From NCBI GenBank assembly GCA_900088475.1, contig FLMG01000683.1, positions 1 through 64,000 on the forward strand: a stretch of DNA of 64,000 nucleotides, in the 5' to 3' direction. The translations under genes were made by a program, and so were the position numbers. The stretch is from Hyphochytrium catenoides. Lineage: Eukaryota; Protista; Hyphochytriomycota. This document shows, piece by piece, positions 1 to 11,862 of the stretch; positions within the stretch are counted from its first letter, which is position 1, and each line of letters begins with the position of its first letter. The notes under the pieces are model-generated. The model saw only the letters and a program-made list of their open reading frames with translations. It did no database searches and had not been told where the DNA came from.

Positions 1-653
1 CCTGCCGGTCAAGGCTGGATTACCCCTATCTAAAATGCGAGCCCTCAGGCTTGCCTGCTGTATTGATAAAAATCATCATTACTGAGGAAATCAACTATGA
101 TTCTTCTTTTACTGATGATGAGCTGGGAGCAGGTTCGAGCTGGGATGCTGGAAGAGCCTAAGGCTTCTTAGCTTTTCTTTTCTTCTTCTTCCTCTTCTTC
201 TTCTTCTCTTTCTTCTTCTTCTAGAATTAGTCTGTTAGTAGCGATAGTAGTAGCAATAAACAATTATCAATCAATCAATAAAAAAGAAAGAATCAGAATG
301 AGCGGAGTTGCAGAGAAAGTGGTCAGTGATTCCTGCTGGTGGGTGGAGGCTAAATGTCTCCTCTTCTCTCTCTTTTCTGCTAATCTGTCTCTTTCTTTCT
401 CTTGGTCTCTTTCTCCCTCTATCTGTCTCTTGGCACCTCAGCACTATGTCTCTTCCCCGAGAATGGTCTTCCCCGAGAACGGACCAACACTCTGTCCTCT
501 ACTGACCATCATTCCTCCAGCACAGAAAGTGGAATAGTAATAACAAAGGTTAAAGCCATTTAGTAGTCTGACTCTCTTAATAATACACCCAGCTGAGATG
601 GAGGGAAGACATTCCTGAGTGGCAGACGAAAAGTTTGGAGAGTATCGCTCGCC

Positions 654-714
654 TTCTCTCTCTCTCTCTCTCTCNNNNNNNNNNNNNNNNNNNNNNNNNN
701 NNNNNNNNNNNTTT

Positions 715-745
<31 letters not shown>

Positions 746-930
746 TCTCTCCCCAATCTCTGTCCCTTGCCCGGTTCTCTTTCTGTTTCTCAGTGGCCTC
801 TCTCTACCCTCTGTGCCTCATCTGTCTCGAACGTCATTCTCTCTCATTGCCTCCCACTCTGTCTCCTTTCTGTCTCCCTACTGCACAGAACTTGCAACTC
901 TCTCTTATCTCTCCTGACCGCTGACATACA
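654..930. repeat. (CT)n microsatellite and CT-rich tract, containing an assembly gap (N 675-711)
   Basis: Visible CT dinucleotide runs on both sides of the N run. A GA-rich run follows at about 1175-1240. Confidence 0.9.
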
Positions 931-1369
931 TTTCTCCTCCCACCAGTCTGCCAATGGGGAAGACATTGTCTTCCCTTCCATCGATCCATCCATTGGCCTA
1001 AAAGCCGCAGCGCTGGGAGGCTACCGTCGCGGCGCAGTGGCTTGTATCTTCTGTCTCTGAAAGCCTAATATAACTTCCCTAGGAGATCTTCCACTCAAGA
1101 GATCCATGATCGTTGTCCAAGAAGATAGAGGCGGAAAGCAACCGCTGAGATATAGAACTATGCGTGTGTGTCTGTGTGAGAGAGAGAGACAGAGAGAGAC
1201 AGAGAGACACAGAGAGACAGAGAGAGAAGAAGAGAGAGGGAGTGGTAAAGACATAAGATATTGGGATGAGGAAGCTGCTCATTGAGTTGGCAGAGAAGGG
1301 CAGAGAGCCTCTCACTTCTAGAAGGACACTTCATACTCTTCTTATGTCCAGATCTTGTTAGGCTTTCGG

Positions 1370-1730
1370 CCTGGTCGTGGAAATCGCCTTACACAGGATG
1401 AGGCACGATGCTAAGACAATACGATGTGAAAGACGGGAGCAGCAACACAGGCAGAGAGGACCTGTGTGTGTCTGTGCAAATCAACGGGCCTTTCTGAGTA
1501 ACAGGAGAGGGTCATCCGTGCGCTGTCCATGTGAGCCTAAAGCGATGCACATCAGTGACCGATGCGTGCGCAAGAGCTATCCCTAGAGCCTCCGAGTTGG
1601 CACCACTCAGAAGAGACAAGTACTTTCTAGTCAAAGAAGAGTCCCTAATATACCTTAGCACATGGCTTGCCTCATATACAGATACAACCTGGTCAGACAA
1701 TAGGACAGACTCACATAGCCAAGAACTCAA
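1370..1730 (+). mobile_element. Highly degenerate Ty1/Copia RT/RNase H-like remnant
   Basis: LASYTDTTWSDNRTDSHSQ resembles the Copia RNase H start (LxGYxDADWxxxxxDRxS). CEPKAMH resembles the NPxxxH motif before it. Only short motifs are left. Confidence 0.35.
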
Positions 1731-2389
1731 CAGCTAAAGCACGGCCACAAAAGTGCCTTAGAGAAGCTCCCGCCTATCCAAAGACAGGGCGTTCACATGG
1801 GCGGCAATCCCGCCACTGCAGACTCTCCCCTACCTCACGTGCGCTGCCCAGCTCCAAATAGCTTATCACGGGCACAGGGCCTAGCCGCCACTCCCGCCAA
1901 GCTGCGGAACTTCACAAGGATTCCGTTCCAGTTTTGTCGAAGAATAACAGGAACAAGGCTTGGTCCTCATTCCTTGTCATTCAGAGCCTCGAGTTACTAT
2001 CCTTGCCCGCCAGGCTAATGTCTGAACTGTGAAACACCAGATCCTCAGCTTCTACTCCAAAGCTTCGCAGATCCTGCTCATCCATCTGCTGTGTGAAGTC
2101 CGGACAAGTCTGTCCATCATAATGACTTGACGTCCGAAGGAGTAACCCGTCCCCGCGATGATAGTATAGTGCAGTAGGGCAGTCTCCCACTAGGGCAGAA
2201 GGCCACACTGTCCTTCAAAGATCGTCTCCCAAGCTGCCATAGATATTTTGTGTGACGAACTTTGGGATTCAGAGTGTGGATGAGTCCCTCTCAGCTAAGT
2301 GTCCAGAAGCATTTTTTGTGAGCGAGGATAGATTACTCATTCCTATTGGGTCAGTGTGGTCTCTGGCAAGGAGTCTGGGCCAGTACTTC

Positions 2390-5300
2390 ACCTGCTGCTC
2401 TTCATTTACTCGATGACATATCGCTTAGAGCTCACTTTGGCTTTTGATGGCGGTAGCCGGTGCGAAAGACTTAGCTGACCTCATCTCCGTCGTTCTATTG
2501 CTGACGGTTTTTTCTCAGAAAGCTGACCAGCGTCTAAAGACACTTTTAAGCAGAGGATAGTACTTGATCAACAGGGTCGATTGGGATGAGTTCCTCTGGA
2601 AGACTCATGGCATCATTGCGAGCTTTCAATGTCTGGTCACTCAATCAGACATTCACCATTAAAAAGTAATAGGTAGTTTATCCTGGAAAAGAGGTACGAT
2701 CTGAAGGCTGAACTGCTACGAGTCTGCGCTATTGCCTTTGCTTCCCTTAAGAATGCACTGAGCAGCATTATATTCCTGGCGTCCCTAAGAGTCGTGTCAC
2801 AGCCCCATCCCTACTGTACTTCGAAGAGCGGTGCCATTATCTCCTAGGGAATAGCACAGGATGATGAGAAGTTCGCCATGCATCGGTGCGAAAATGAGCA
2901 CGAAGGTGAAAGAGCAAAAGCAAGACGTCTCAAACACGTTGCGAAAGATAGAAGATTGATTTGACTTGATGAAAGGAGGTTGGTGCACTTACTGCTAAGA
3001 GCTTCTCCACGCGAATGGACCCCGTCACCAACGTAGGAGTCTCCAGACACAGCTCCATGAACTTTGCCTGGAAGTGCGGAAGATGGGGAAAATGGAGAGA
3101 GGAAGTTGATTGAGTTGAGCGGCAGAACAAGCAAGGAGAACGGTAAGGCTTAGCAAACAGCGAGGAAAAAATGAAGGAAGGCATGATCCTTGCCGTCTTA
3201 CCTGACTAATCATACCATCCGCCCGAGGCTCCATGAGTGTATTGGTGAGCTAGAAGACAGAAAGATCTCAGTGGTCGTACGGATCTTATTATCTTTTTAT
3301 CTTTCTTCGCCTCACCTGCTTCGGTGGCTCTCTCATGTTCTTCAGCAAGCTCTGGAAAGCTCCCTATGGCTGGGTGTGAGTATGGCTGCTGTGGCCTTCC
3401 TTCCTGTTCTCACTTCCTATTGGCTGCTCCGTATATGCGATCAATTAGTACTGGCACATAGAGCTCCACCACCAAGATATGACGTGTCGTCACCGGTGAA
3501 GCCTCTATCTCATCTAAACTTAGCTGATAATCGACAACTTCATCAGTATGATCCAAAACATATACAGTCGATCTTGCTCGGACAAATCCTCCTCTTGTCC
3601 AGTTGGGTGTGAGAGGAGTGTCGTCATCATGTCAGCTCTACAATGAGCAAGACCTAGTTCTTCCCCTCTCGTACCTTAGAATGAAGTGTATTTGCTACCC
3701 ATATGCTGTTTGGCGCATGGACGACGATCACGCAAGCGGCAGAGGAGACAGAACAGTTGGAACTGCGCCGATAACAGTTTACCTGTCTGCAAAAAGTGCT
3801 CCAAGAAGAGTGTCTCTTACCAATTGCTGGCCCAGCCATGGCAGACGACGAAGGGCTCGAATGCTGCATCATCAACCCACGCTTGAGGTGATAGAGTAAG
3901 AAAAGACTTCATTGGCAAAAGGCCCTTAACCTCCCGACAAATCGCGATCAGGTTTGAGGAGCTATGACCGGACTGGCATCTTTTTAGTGGACATCGTCCC
4001 TGGCACAGAAACAGGTGATTATGGAGTTGCGGTGTGGGTTGCCATGAGACATTTAGCCGCCTTGACTAGGTCAACCATCGACCACAGTCTTCGTCTATAT
4101 TCAGGAGCCCTTGACCTCGTTATTCACCGCTTGCGTCGCGATGATGGACGTTGGGCTGGCAGGGGATCCGTTGATAGAGGATCCGTAAAGATGGGCGAAG
4201 ACCTGTGGTCGATGGTTGAACTAGTCATGGCTACAGTTCGCATGGAACCTTGCACCGCAACTCCATAAGCACCTGTCTCTGTGCCTAGGAAGCTGTCCAC
4301 TAGTGAGAACCAATCGCCCCTGAGGAAGTGGACTCTCTTAAGCATAGCAAACAAAGCATTTCACTTTCTTTAACCTTCGAAGAATGACATTAAGGACCTC
4401 TGGCGGCAGGAAGGCGACGGTGGGCTAGTGTGGAATGGTGCCACACGAGTAAACGTTAGGCCCTATCTTTCGACCCCTACAAACGGCCGACATAATAGCT
4501 GCCGTTCAAGAGGCGCGCAATTATGACTTCAGGGCCTTGATCTGCAGAATCTCCAGTGAAATTCACAGATAGGAGGGGATCTTTCCAAAGCGGGACCGTT
4601 CGACTTTGCATCGATCATGGATGTATAGATCTCCGCGAAGAGTAACCTTGCGGGAGGCCGTTTGACGACAGTGATCATACTTAGAGATGCTCACATTGAT
4701 GAAGCAAGGAGGCTCGCCATCGTGCTCCTGGGAGATCGGTGGGCAGATGGCGTACACAATTTCGTGCATGGTCTCATAGCGACCAGTGCTGGCTAGACTT
4801 CCACAGAGCCCGTGAACTAGCCGGCGTTCAGTCTGGTCGTAGCTCCTCAATTGTGATCGTAAGCTGTCAGGGGGTTATGGACCTTCTGTGTGGCGTACTT
4901 CCTGACTCTATCACCTCGAGCGTGGGTTGATGATGCGGCACTGCATGCAGGTCTTCAATGTCTGCCATGGCTGGGCCTAGCCACTTGGTTAAGAGAGCGG
5001 TATACTCTTCCAGGTCAAGCCTTGGCAGATCAGCCTGCGCCTTCCCAACAAGGATAAAGGAAACTCTTCTTGATTTGTGGTGGAGGGTTGAATGTTTCGT
5101 GCCGTTAACAAACCTCCATGTTAATAGTTATCATCTAATGCGGGGCATTGTTCTTCGTGGCGGCTTGGGATTCCGATTCCCCGCTTCCGTTTCCTCTCCT
5201 TGGCCATTGGCAACGATCGTAATGTCTTCAACTTCTGCCAATTTATTGAGATCGGCCTTGCTCTTCACATTAGACGTGAGAGCTAAAGACCTCTTCTCTT

Positions 5301-6920
5301 CATACGTCAGGCCACTCACGAAGCACGAGGCCAAGAAGGAATACTTGGGGCTCCTCAATTTGTTCTCCCTATGTATCCTCCTTAGATTGATAAGCGCTCC
5401 ATGTTTCTCAGAAACAAAATCCTGCCAATCTTGGCAAGTCTTGATAGCAGCCGTGGGCACCATCCAGATTAGGTCTGAAAACGCTTTGGCTTGGTATTCA
5501 TGCAGTAGCTGGCTACACCTCTCTGCCTCAACAGCGTCAGTGTTATGACTCGTTAACGCCAGAATAATATCCGACTTGGTCATTCCTTCCGACACTTTGA
5601 CAGTCTTTACAGACCTGCCCGGCGATGAGGAGTTAACCTGCTCCGAGTCCATCATTCTTTGCTTCTTGTAAAAGCGTATGGGAACCCTGATGTAGGGAGA
5701 ACAAATTGAAGAGCCCCAAGTATTCCTTCTTGGCCTCGTGCTTCGTGAATGGCCTGACGGATGAAGAGAAAAGGTCTTTAGCTCCCACAGTGTCTAATGT
5801 GAAGAGCAAGGCCGATCTTAATAAACTGGCAGAAGAGTTGAAGACATTACGATCGTTGCCAATGGCCAAGGAGAGGAAAAGGAAGCGGTTCGAGAATGAG
5901 AGAGAGGAAATCAAGCCTCAAGAATCTCGTCCATCAATTGACTCTCCCAAGGTTGGACTCTCTAAGGTACAGTGTACCAATTGCGGCGATTATGGCCATA
6001 GAAGGGACACGTGTCGTCAACCTAAGGTTTCTCAAGATGTTATTTTGGAGAAACGACGCGACTTTCTCAGCAGACAGCGTCGTGACGCACAGCGTGGACC
6101 GGAGGACCATACTGACTGGGATGAGAACTTCAATCTTTTGATGGGTGCTTACCGCATGTCTCAGCACAGCACAACGCAGTTCTCTCCTTTCAGGCTCTTC
6201 TTCGGTAGAGAACCAAGACTTCCTTCGGACCATATCCTCGAGACGGAGTTTGGAGAAGCTAAGTTCGGAAGTATGTCTGACTACGTGCAGGAAAGTCTCA
6301 GACAGTACCGCAAGGCCCTCTTGGAGGCTAATCTGAACACTTAACGAGCTCAGGAGCTTCAGGAGCTGTATCACAATACTGAGGTGCTTAAGCACAGAGT
6401 TACTCCTACCTTCCAACCTGGGCAAAAGGTACTCAGATATATACCCGTGACGGCAGCCGGTCAGACTAAGAAGTTGGAGACGTTCTGGATTGGGCCTTAT
6501 GAAGTCATCAGACAAATGAGTCCTGTCATTTATGAGATCAAGCCAACGAGGGAGTTGATCCAGACATGGCAAGCGAAAGGCCTAAGAAAGCAGTGGGGCA
6601 GGAAAGCTGTCCACGTCAAGCATCTGAAAGCGTATCCTACCCCGTCATCGCCTCCAACCTGTATTCCTTCTACTGGGACAAATACTTAAGCTTCCTCTGC
6701 TCACTTCCCTAGATACTGTTGAATTGTTTGATGAGACTGGTGAGAAAGAGCCCATCGAGTCTTTTCTCAGTCGAGTCTTTCTCAGTTCAGCGGGGGAGTG
6801 TTGGAAGGTTGAATGTTTCGTGCCGTTAACAACCTTCCATGTGAATCTTAGTTATCATCTATTGCGGGGCATTGTTCTTCGTAGCGGCTTGGGATTCCGA
6901 TCACCCGCTTCTGTCCTTGG
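2390..6920. mobile_element. Scrambled, degenerate Ty3/Gypsy LTR-retrotransposon fragments in both orientations
   Basis: Frameshifted IY(L)DDI at about 2404-2420, VVYPGKEVRSEG at about 2673-2708 and AFASLKNALS at about 2734-2763 are RT/connection motifs. Gag-like pieces lie on both strands, and there are internal inverted and direct duplications. Confidence 0.75.
5706..6689 (+). pseudogene. Gypsy gag (CCHC knuckle) joined directly to the integrase C-terminal region, interrupted by one in-frame TAA
   Basis: CTNCGDYGHRRDTC zinc knuckle; WDENFNLLMGAYRMSQHSTTQFSPFRLFFGREPRLP (integrase core C-end); FQPGQKVL, WIGPYEVI (GPY/F motif) and VHVKHLKAY. ORFs 5706-6344 and 6384-6689 share one frame, separated by TAA 6342-6344. 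Confidence 0.85.
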
Positions 6921-7142
6921 AAGAAGGGGATTTCGCCATTTTCTCTGTAAGAGAGCTCTTCATCTCTAGAATTGCCAATAAAGAGCTCTGTTGAGCTCCA
7001 GCACGTCTTCAGTTATTGATTATCATCAACCGGACAGGGGAATCTATCCGTTAACGTTTGATAAGTGAAAAGGATCTCGATCCTAGCCGTTAGCCGTAGA
7101 AAGAAGCCGTTATTTTGTCTGTTTTTGGGTTATCGGTACAAA

Positions 7143-10100
7143 ATGACTGGAAAATCTGTGCTCCTTGCTCCTCCCTCGTGAGACTCTTGTCACGCACTCT
7201 CGGAGGAGATTCGCACGCTGCTCTCCGATCTTTCAAGGTGGTGGGACAGTGATGATGATCTTCGGTGAGGGCAAGCCACAGAGCTGTGGCTATTGAGCTG
7301 CGATGGACGCTAGGATGGTCTGATCGGAAGGTATAGTTAAAGACAAGAGTTTAAGCCTAAAGGTGATGTGCAAGGCGGTGAGCCTTCTGTGTACGTGTCT
7401 ATCGGAAAACAGAGTCCTAAAAGAGGAGGAGAAGTCGTGGTTTTTTATAACCCTGGCTGCCCGTAGAATAATAGAGGTGTTCTCCGATGCCTCCTCGACG
7501 AATGCTTCTGCAGAGGTTAGGGCTAGGAGTCCTTGGCGCCCAGGTAGCATACGCTGCACCGATGATACCTGCTATTATCTCTCCTTCAACTATTCTTGAC
7601 TGCGGATACTTCTCGCATTCGCCCTACGTACCTCTACACCCTAACCTCGTACATCGGTGATCTCTTGTCTATGCAGTTTGCTGGCGGCACTGCCATCTAC
7701 CTTGCGGACCCATGGCCGCAACTCTTCCAGCACCCAGTTCCTCCTCCTGTGTACTATGAAAAGATCCAGAAGCAGCGGAGGCCGAGGCTGTAAGAAAGTG
7801 TGATAACATGGCTGTCGCTTTTCCCTCCTTTCTTTTTTGCTCTTGCTTCCATTCGCTCATCCAAAGCTGCTGGCTATCCGCCCATTACCCTTGCACTCTC
7901 CTTTCATGGTGTCCGTGGCTCATCCCTTTGTAATTGACTCTTTAGGGAGGCTGGGAAAGAGTCCAAAGCTGTACAGAGTATGGTGATAAACCCCTTTATC
8001 AACGTAAGAAGGCTATCAGATCAGTGAGGATCAAAGCTACGAATGCTGCATGCACGATTCAACTTATTGGACCCTCTTACTGCCTTTCACTTTCCTTCCA
8101 CTTAGGACACTTGGGAGATGAACCAGTGGGAGAAGCTGAAGGTGAGAGAGAAGCAACGGCCTGGTCGCCTATCTCCAGGCCTAGAACCTTTCCTCAGTCA
8201 TCGTTCCGTTTGTGTCTCTCCTGACCCTACTCTTCCCATTTCCATTCTCGACACTGTCTCCTCCAAGTCTTGTCGCTCACATGACTTCATTAGCTCGCGT
8301 ATGGCAGTGTATCCATTGCACCTTTACGCGCTGGACTGATATACCTCACAGTCGTCTCAGCGTCGGGAATTTGCTCGCTAGCTATCTCAGGTGTTGATCA
8401 TTCCCAGCCCCTCCCTCGGTAAATCGTTATCTTGCAGCTGCCTTGTCACTCTTCGTCTGCCTCCGTGCAGTACCACGGTTTTCTCACTATGGGCTTGCTC
8501 TTCAACCCAGATGGCGGAGGAAACTTCTTGAGCGCATCTTCAGTGTGCATGTGCGGACAGTCCTCTGGTTATTTGGGTTTTATAATATAGAAATAGTGGG
8601 CGAGGTAGGCTGGGTCCTGAAGCTTGTATCGCTTTTCTCTGTGGTCTACTCTCTCCCACTGCCCCCGAACTGTTATCATATCTCTCTGCCAGCTCTGCCT
8701 AGATTTCTTCCTGACCCGTCTCTCCAGCTTTTCTCTCTTGTTCTGATTCTGCACTCACTTAGATTCTGAGCTCGTCCTTGACAAGCCTTTGCGATGTATA
8801 GTGCTTTACTGTTGGCCGCTCCCCCTATAGTTCCTGGGAAAGTATCTGCTAACCTGGTGCTGGTTGTTGCTTCGCAGCGAGCTCCATCCTCTGAAGCCCC
8901 TGTGATCATTTCCAACCACATCTCTCCCTTAGATCCTTTCTTCTTTCTATGGCAGTTCCTTCCTTCCACCGTAGCAGCAGTTCAAAACCTTTCCTCTCCC
9001 ATTCTTCGCAATATTCTAGATGCCATACAGGTAACCTCCATCCTGGTACTGATCCTAACTGATTAACCACCGTGTCCTTAGCTAGTTCTATCTCAACCCT
9101 GACACTTTCCCTGCAACTTCACAACTCGTTGTGGGTTCTTCTCCGTCGATGTAAGTCCTTAACTTTTCTCTTGTCGTGCTGGTTAGATTATCCCAGTAGA
9201 TAGAGAGGTGAAGGAGTCCAGACGGAATTGCGTGAGAGCCATTATCCATAGGGCACACTCAACAGGTTATCTCTACTCTCATCTCGACGCCCCTCGTCTC
9301 TCTCTCTTTCTCTCCTCCTCCCTCCGGTTCTCTCCCTCTCTCTCTCTTTCCTTTCCCTCCTTCCCCACAACACACACTTAACATTCCTGTGCTTAACAAT
9401 GAGACTTGCCTCATATCAGTGTCGCAGCCGTAATGTCTTTGAGGCCTTTTCTGCCTTGCTCGTCTTACATCTTGTTATATGGCTTTGGTAGAGTGGCCTC
9501 CGGTCCTGATATTTCCAGAAGCCACAACAACAAATGGCAAGGCCGTCATTACCTTCAAGAAGGGAGCTTTCAACCCTGGCCTACCAGTCCAGCCGACAGT
9601 GATCACCTATCCACACCAGGTAGGCAAATCCGGCTTACAAGTACACTTCCTCCGTTATCTGTTTATCTGTATTGCAGGCCTGCATTTGCGCGCACTCGTA
9701 AGCCGCTAACTCTTCTCTGCGATACTTCTACCCAGTTATACTTACGAGGTCAACTTTCTTTCAATTGTTGCCTACTCGTGGATGATCCTTTGTCATGTCC
9801 AATAGCACTTGGATCCCTCCTGGGTGGCTGCAGGGCCTGATATTCCTTTCCTTATGCTAAGGATGCTGGTGCAAATAAAGAATAAAATGAAGGTATGAGA
9901 CCACTTCTCTCTACTCCCACATTCCCCCTGAACTATCCTAGTGCAGCAGCGTTAACTATGTTTTAATGTACGTCCTCCGTTAAGGTTGAGTACCTTCCAG
10001 TCTACTACCCCAATGCTGAGGAAAGAGCCGACCCTGCGCTGTATGCTAGAAACGTACAAAGACTGGTGGCAAGTAGGTTCCCATTCATCGCATCAGCTCC

Positions 10101-11431
10101 GGGCTGGCTGTACCTAATTGATACCTTTGTTGTCACTCCTCTTTTATAGCTCGTCTTGGTAATTTGACTGCCTACCTCTCTCTTCCGATGCCAAGTGCGC
10201 TCCACCCTCTAACCACCCTATTCCAACATGCGTTACGTTGCAGGCAAGATGGGCGTGCCCGTTACAGAGCATTCATATGAAGATGTCCGATTATGTGAGC
10301 AGGCACTAGAACTCAGGATGCCTGCAGGTTGGTTCCCTCTTCAGTATCTCTTCCCTTTCATCAGCTTGCTCGTTTCTGGCACCGCCATGCTATGAAAAAT
10401 CGTCTGGTATTCGGCAACTAGAGGTTTATGCTCTCTATGGTTGCACCCATGTATACTGATGAGCTCCACACCCCTTCCACTCACGTCACTCTTTAGGCAC
10501 TGGAGTGGTCGAAATGGAAGCTGTCAAGCGCTTTTTCAATACGAATATTGGTAATATCCAGCGTCACATGGAGACGTTCGCAGACATGGACAGGAACAAG
10601 GATGGCACACTCTGCTTTGAGGAGTTCAAAGCCGCGTTTACCAGAAGGTGCGTTACCACTTTCGGCTGTCCCTTGGCTATTTTGCTCCGCAGTACCATCT
10701 CTCTGTGCTGAATACCCCTCGTGTGTGCTTCTGGGACAGATATCACCCGCCCAGTCCAACACAAGAAGAGGCTCTATGGGATCTGTTCAATCTTCTAGAC
10801 GCTGAAGAAAGCGGGAAGATAGAGTTTCGGGAGTACCTTGTGGGCCTAGCTCTGGTCAATGAGGGACAGAAGCACTCGGAAGATGTGCTGCGGTATGCTT
10901 TCAACGCCTTGGATGAAAACGGGGACGGAAGGTAAGAGATAAGAGATTACTGTGTTCTATCGCTTTTGTTTCTTTCCGCTATCTTTTTGGCTGTCCCACT
11001 TGGCCACCGTACGTGACCTTACATTTTGGTCAATCTGATAGACTTTCGCGGGATGAGGTGCATCGCATAATGGCACGAGTGTATCCTGGGTTGTCCATAA
11101 GGCAGATAGATCGGGTCTTTGACGCCGCAGACGTTGATAAGAACGGGTCAGTAGAATGGGAGGAGTTCAAGAAGGTAAAGTTTGTCCAGTACTGGAGGAC
11201 ATCCTGTGCCCCTTCCAACTTCCACTTGCCATTGCCTGCCCGGGCTTTCACACTTTAGTCTGACATAAAAGCTTCCTAGCTGCTCCTTTCACTTGTTACC
11301 GCTTTTCCACTGACACTTTTGCACTCGTTCTTATTAGATAAACCTCATTCCTCTATTTGCAGGCTGCGACCGAGGCAGGAGCTAGCAAATTCTTTGACTT
11401 GGCCAGCTTACTAGCCAACGATGATGTTTGA
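7143..11431 (+). CDS. Lysophospholipid acyltransferase (LPCAT1/2-like) with C-terminal EF hands; multi-exon, 5' end uncertain
   Basis: Spliced exons give INPF, IISNHISPLD (NHxxxxD motif), VLIFPEATTTNG, FKKGAFNPGLPVQP, VEYLPVYYP and EF loops DRNKDGTLCFEEF, DAEESGKIEFREY, DENGDGRLSRDE and DVDKNGSVEWEEF. Stop TGA 11429-11431. Confidence 0.9.
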
Positions 11432-11862
11432 ATATAGTTGTCATTTCATGGATTAGCAGGGGCCTGGGTAATGTGCTCAATAGTTGTCAATCGCATTCGG
11501 GCATGTACAATGGCCTGTATCACTCCTCGCGGCGAGAGAGGGGGAAGCTGCCCGAGGACGACGACTGACGATGAAGAACCTAATAACTACAGTCTGGGCA
11601 TCAGTAGGCGTCATCTCTTCTGAGGAAGTGGGTGAGAGAAGAGCCTGAAAGAGCTGACTCGCTATGTGGTGAGGTTAGGAGGATTGCCGCTCTCTTATGA
11701 AAGAATATAATAAAGTAAATTAGGGACCACATAGTCTGCAAAGCCCCCTCTCTCCGGTATCAAGTAGGAAAGACGAAAGAAGACATCAGAGAATGAGAAG
11801 CCAGAACGCCCCTAATAGCTGTGGGCTTGTGACGGATGCACAAATGTTCTAATGTTTAGCCT

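Noticed and set aside
298-1315. Ser/Leu-rich and Arg/Glu-rich ORFs here and at 35.1, 40.6, 42.6 and 52.9 kb
   Set aside because: They are translations of CT/GA microsatellites.
11432-11860. SECIS candidates in the LPCAT 3' region (ATGAAGAACC...TTCTGAG at about 11571-11623; ATGAGAAGCC...GGCTTGTGAC at about 11793-11832)
   Set aside because: Helix II pairing is poor or irregular, and the second candidate lies beyond an AATAAA at about 11709. Neither can be supported by eye; SECISearch is needed.
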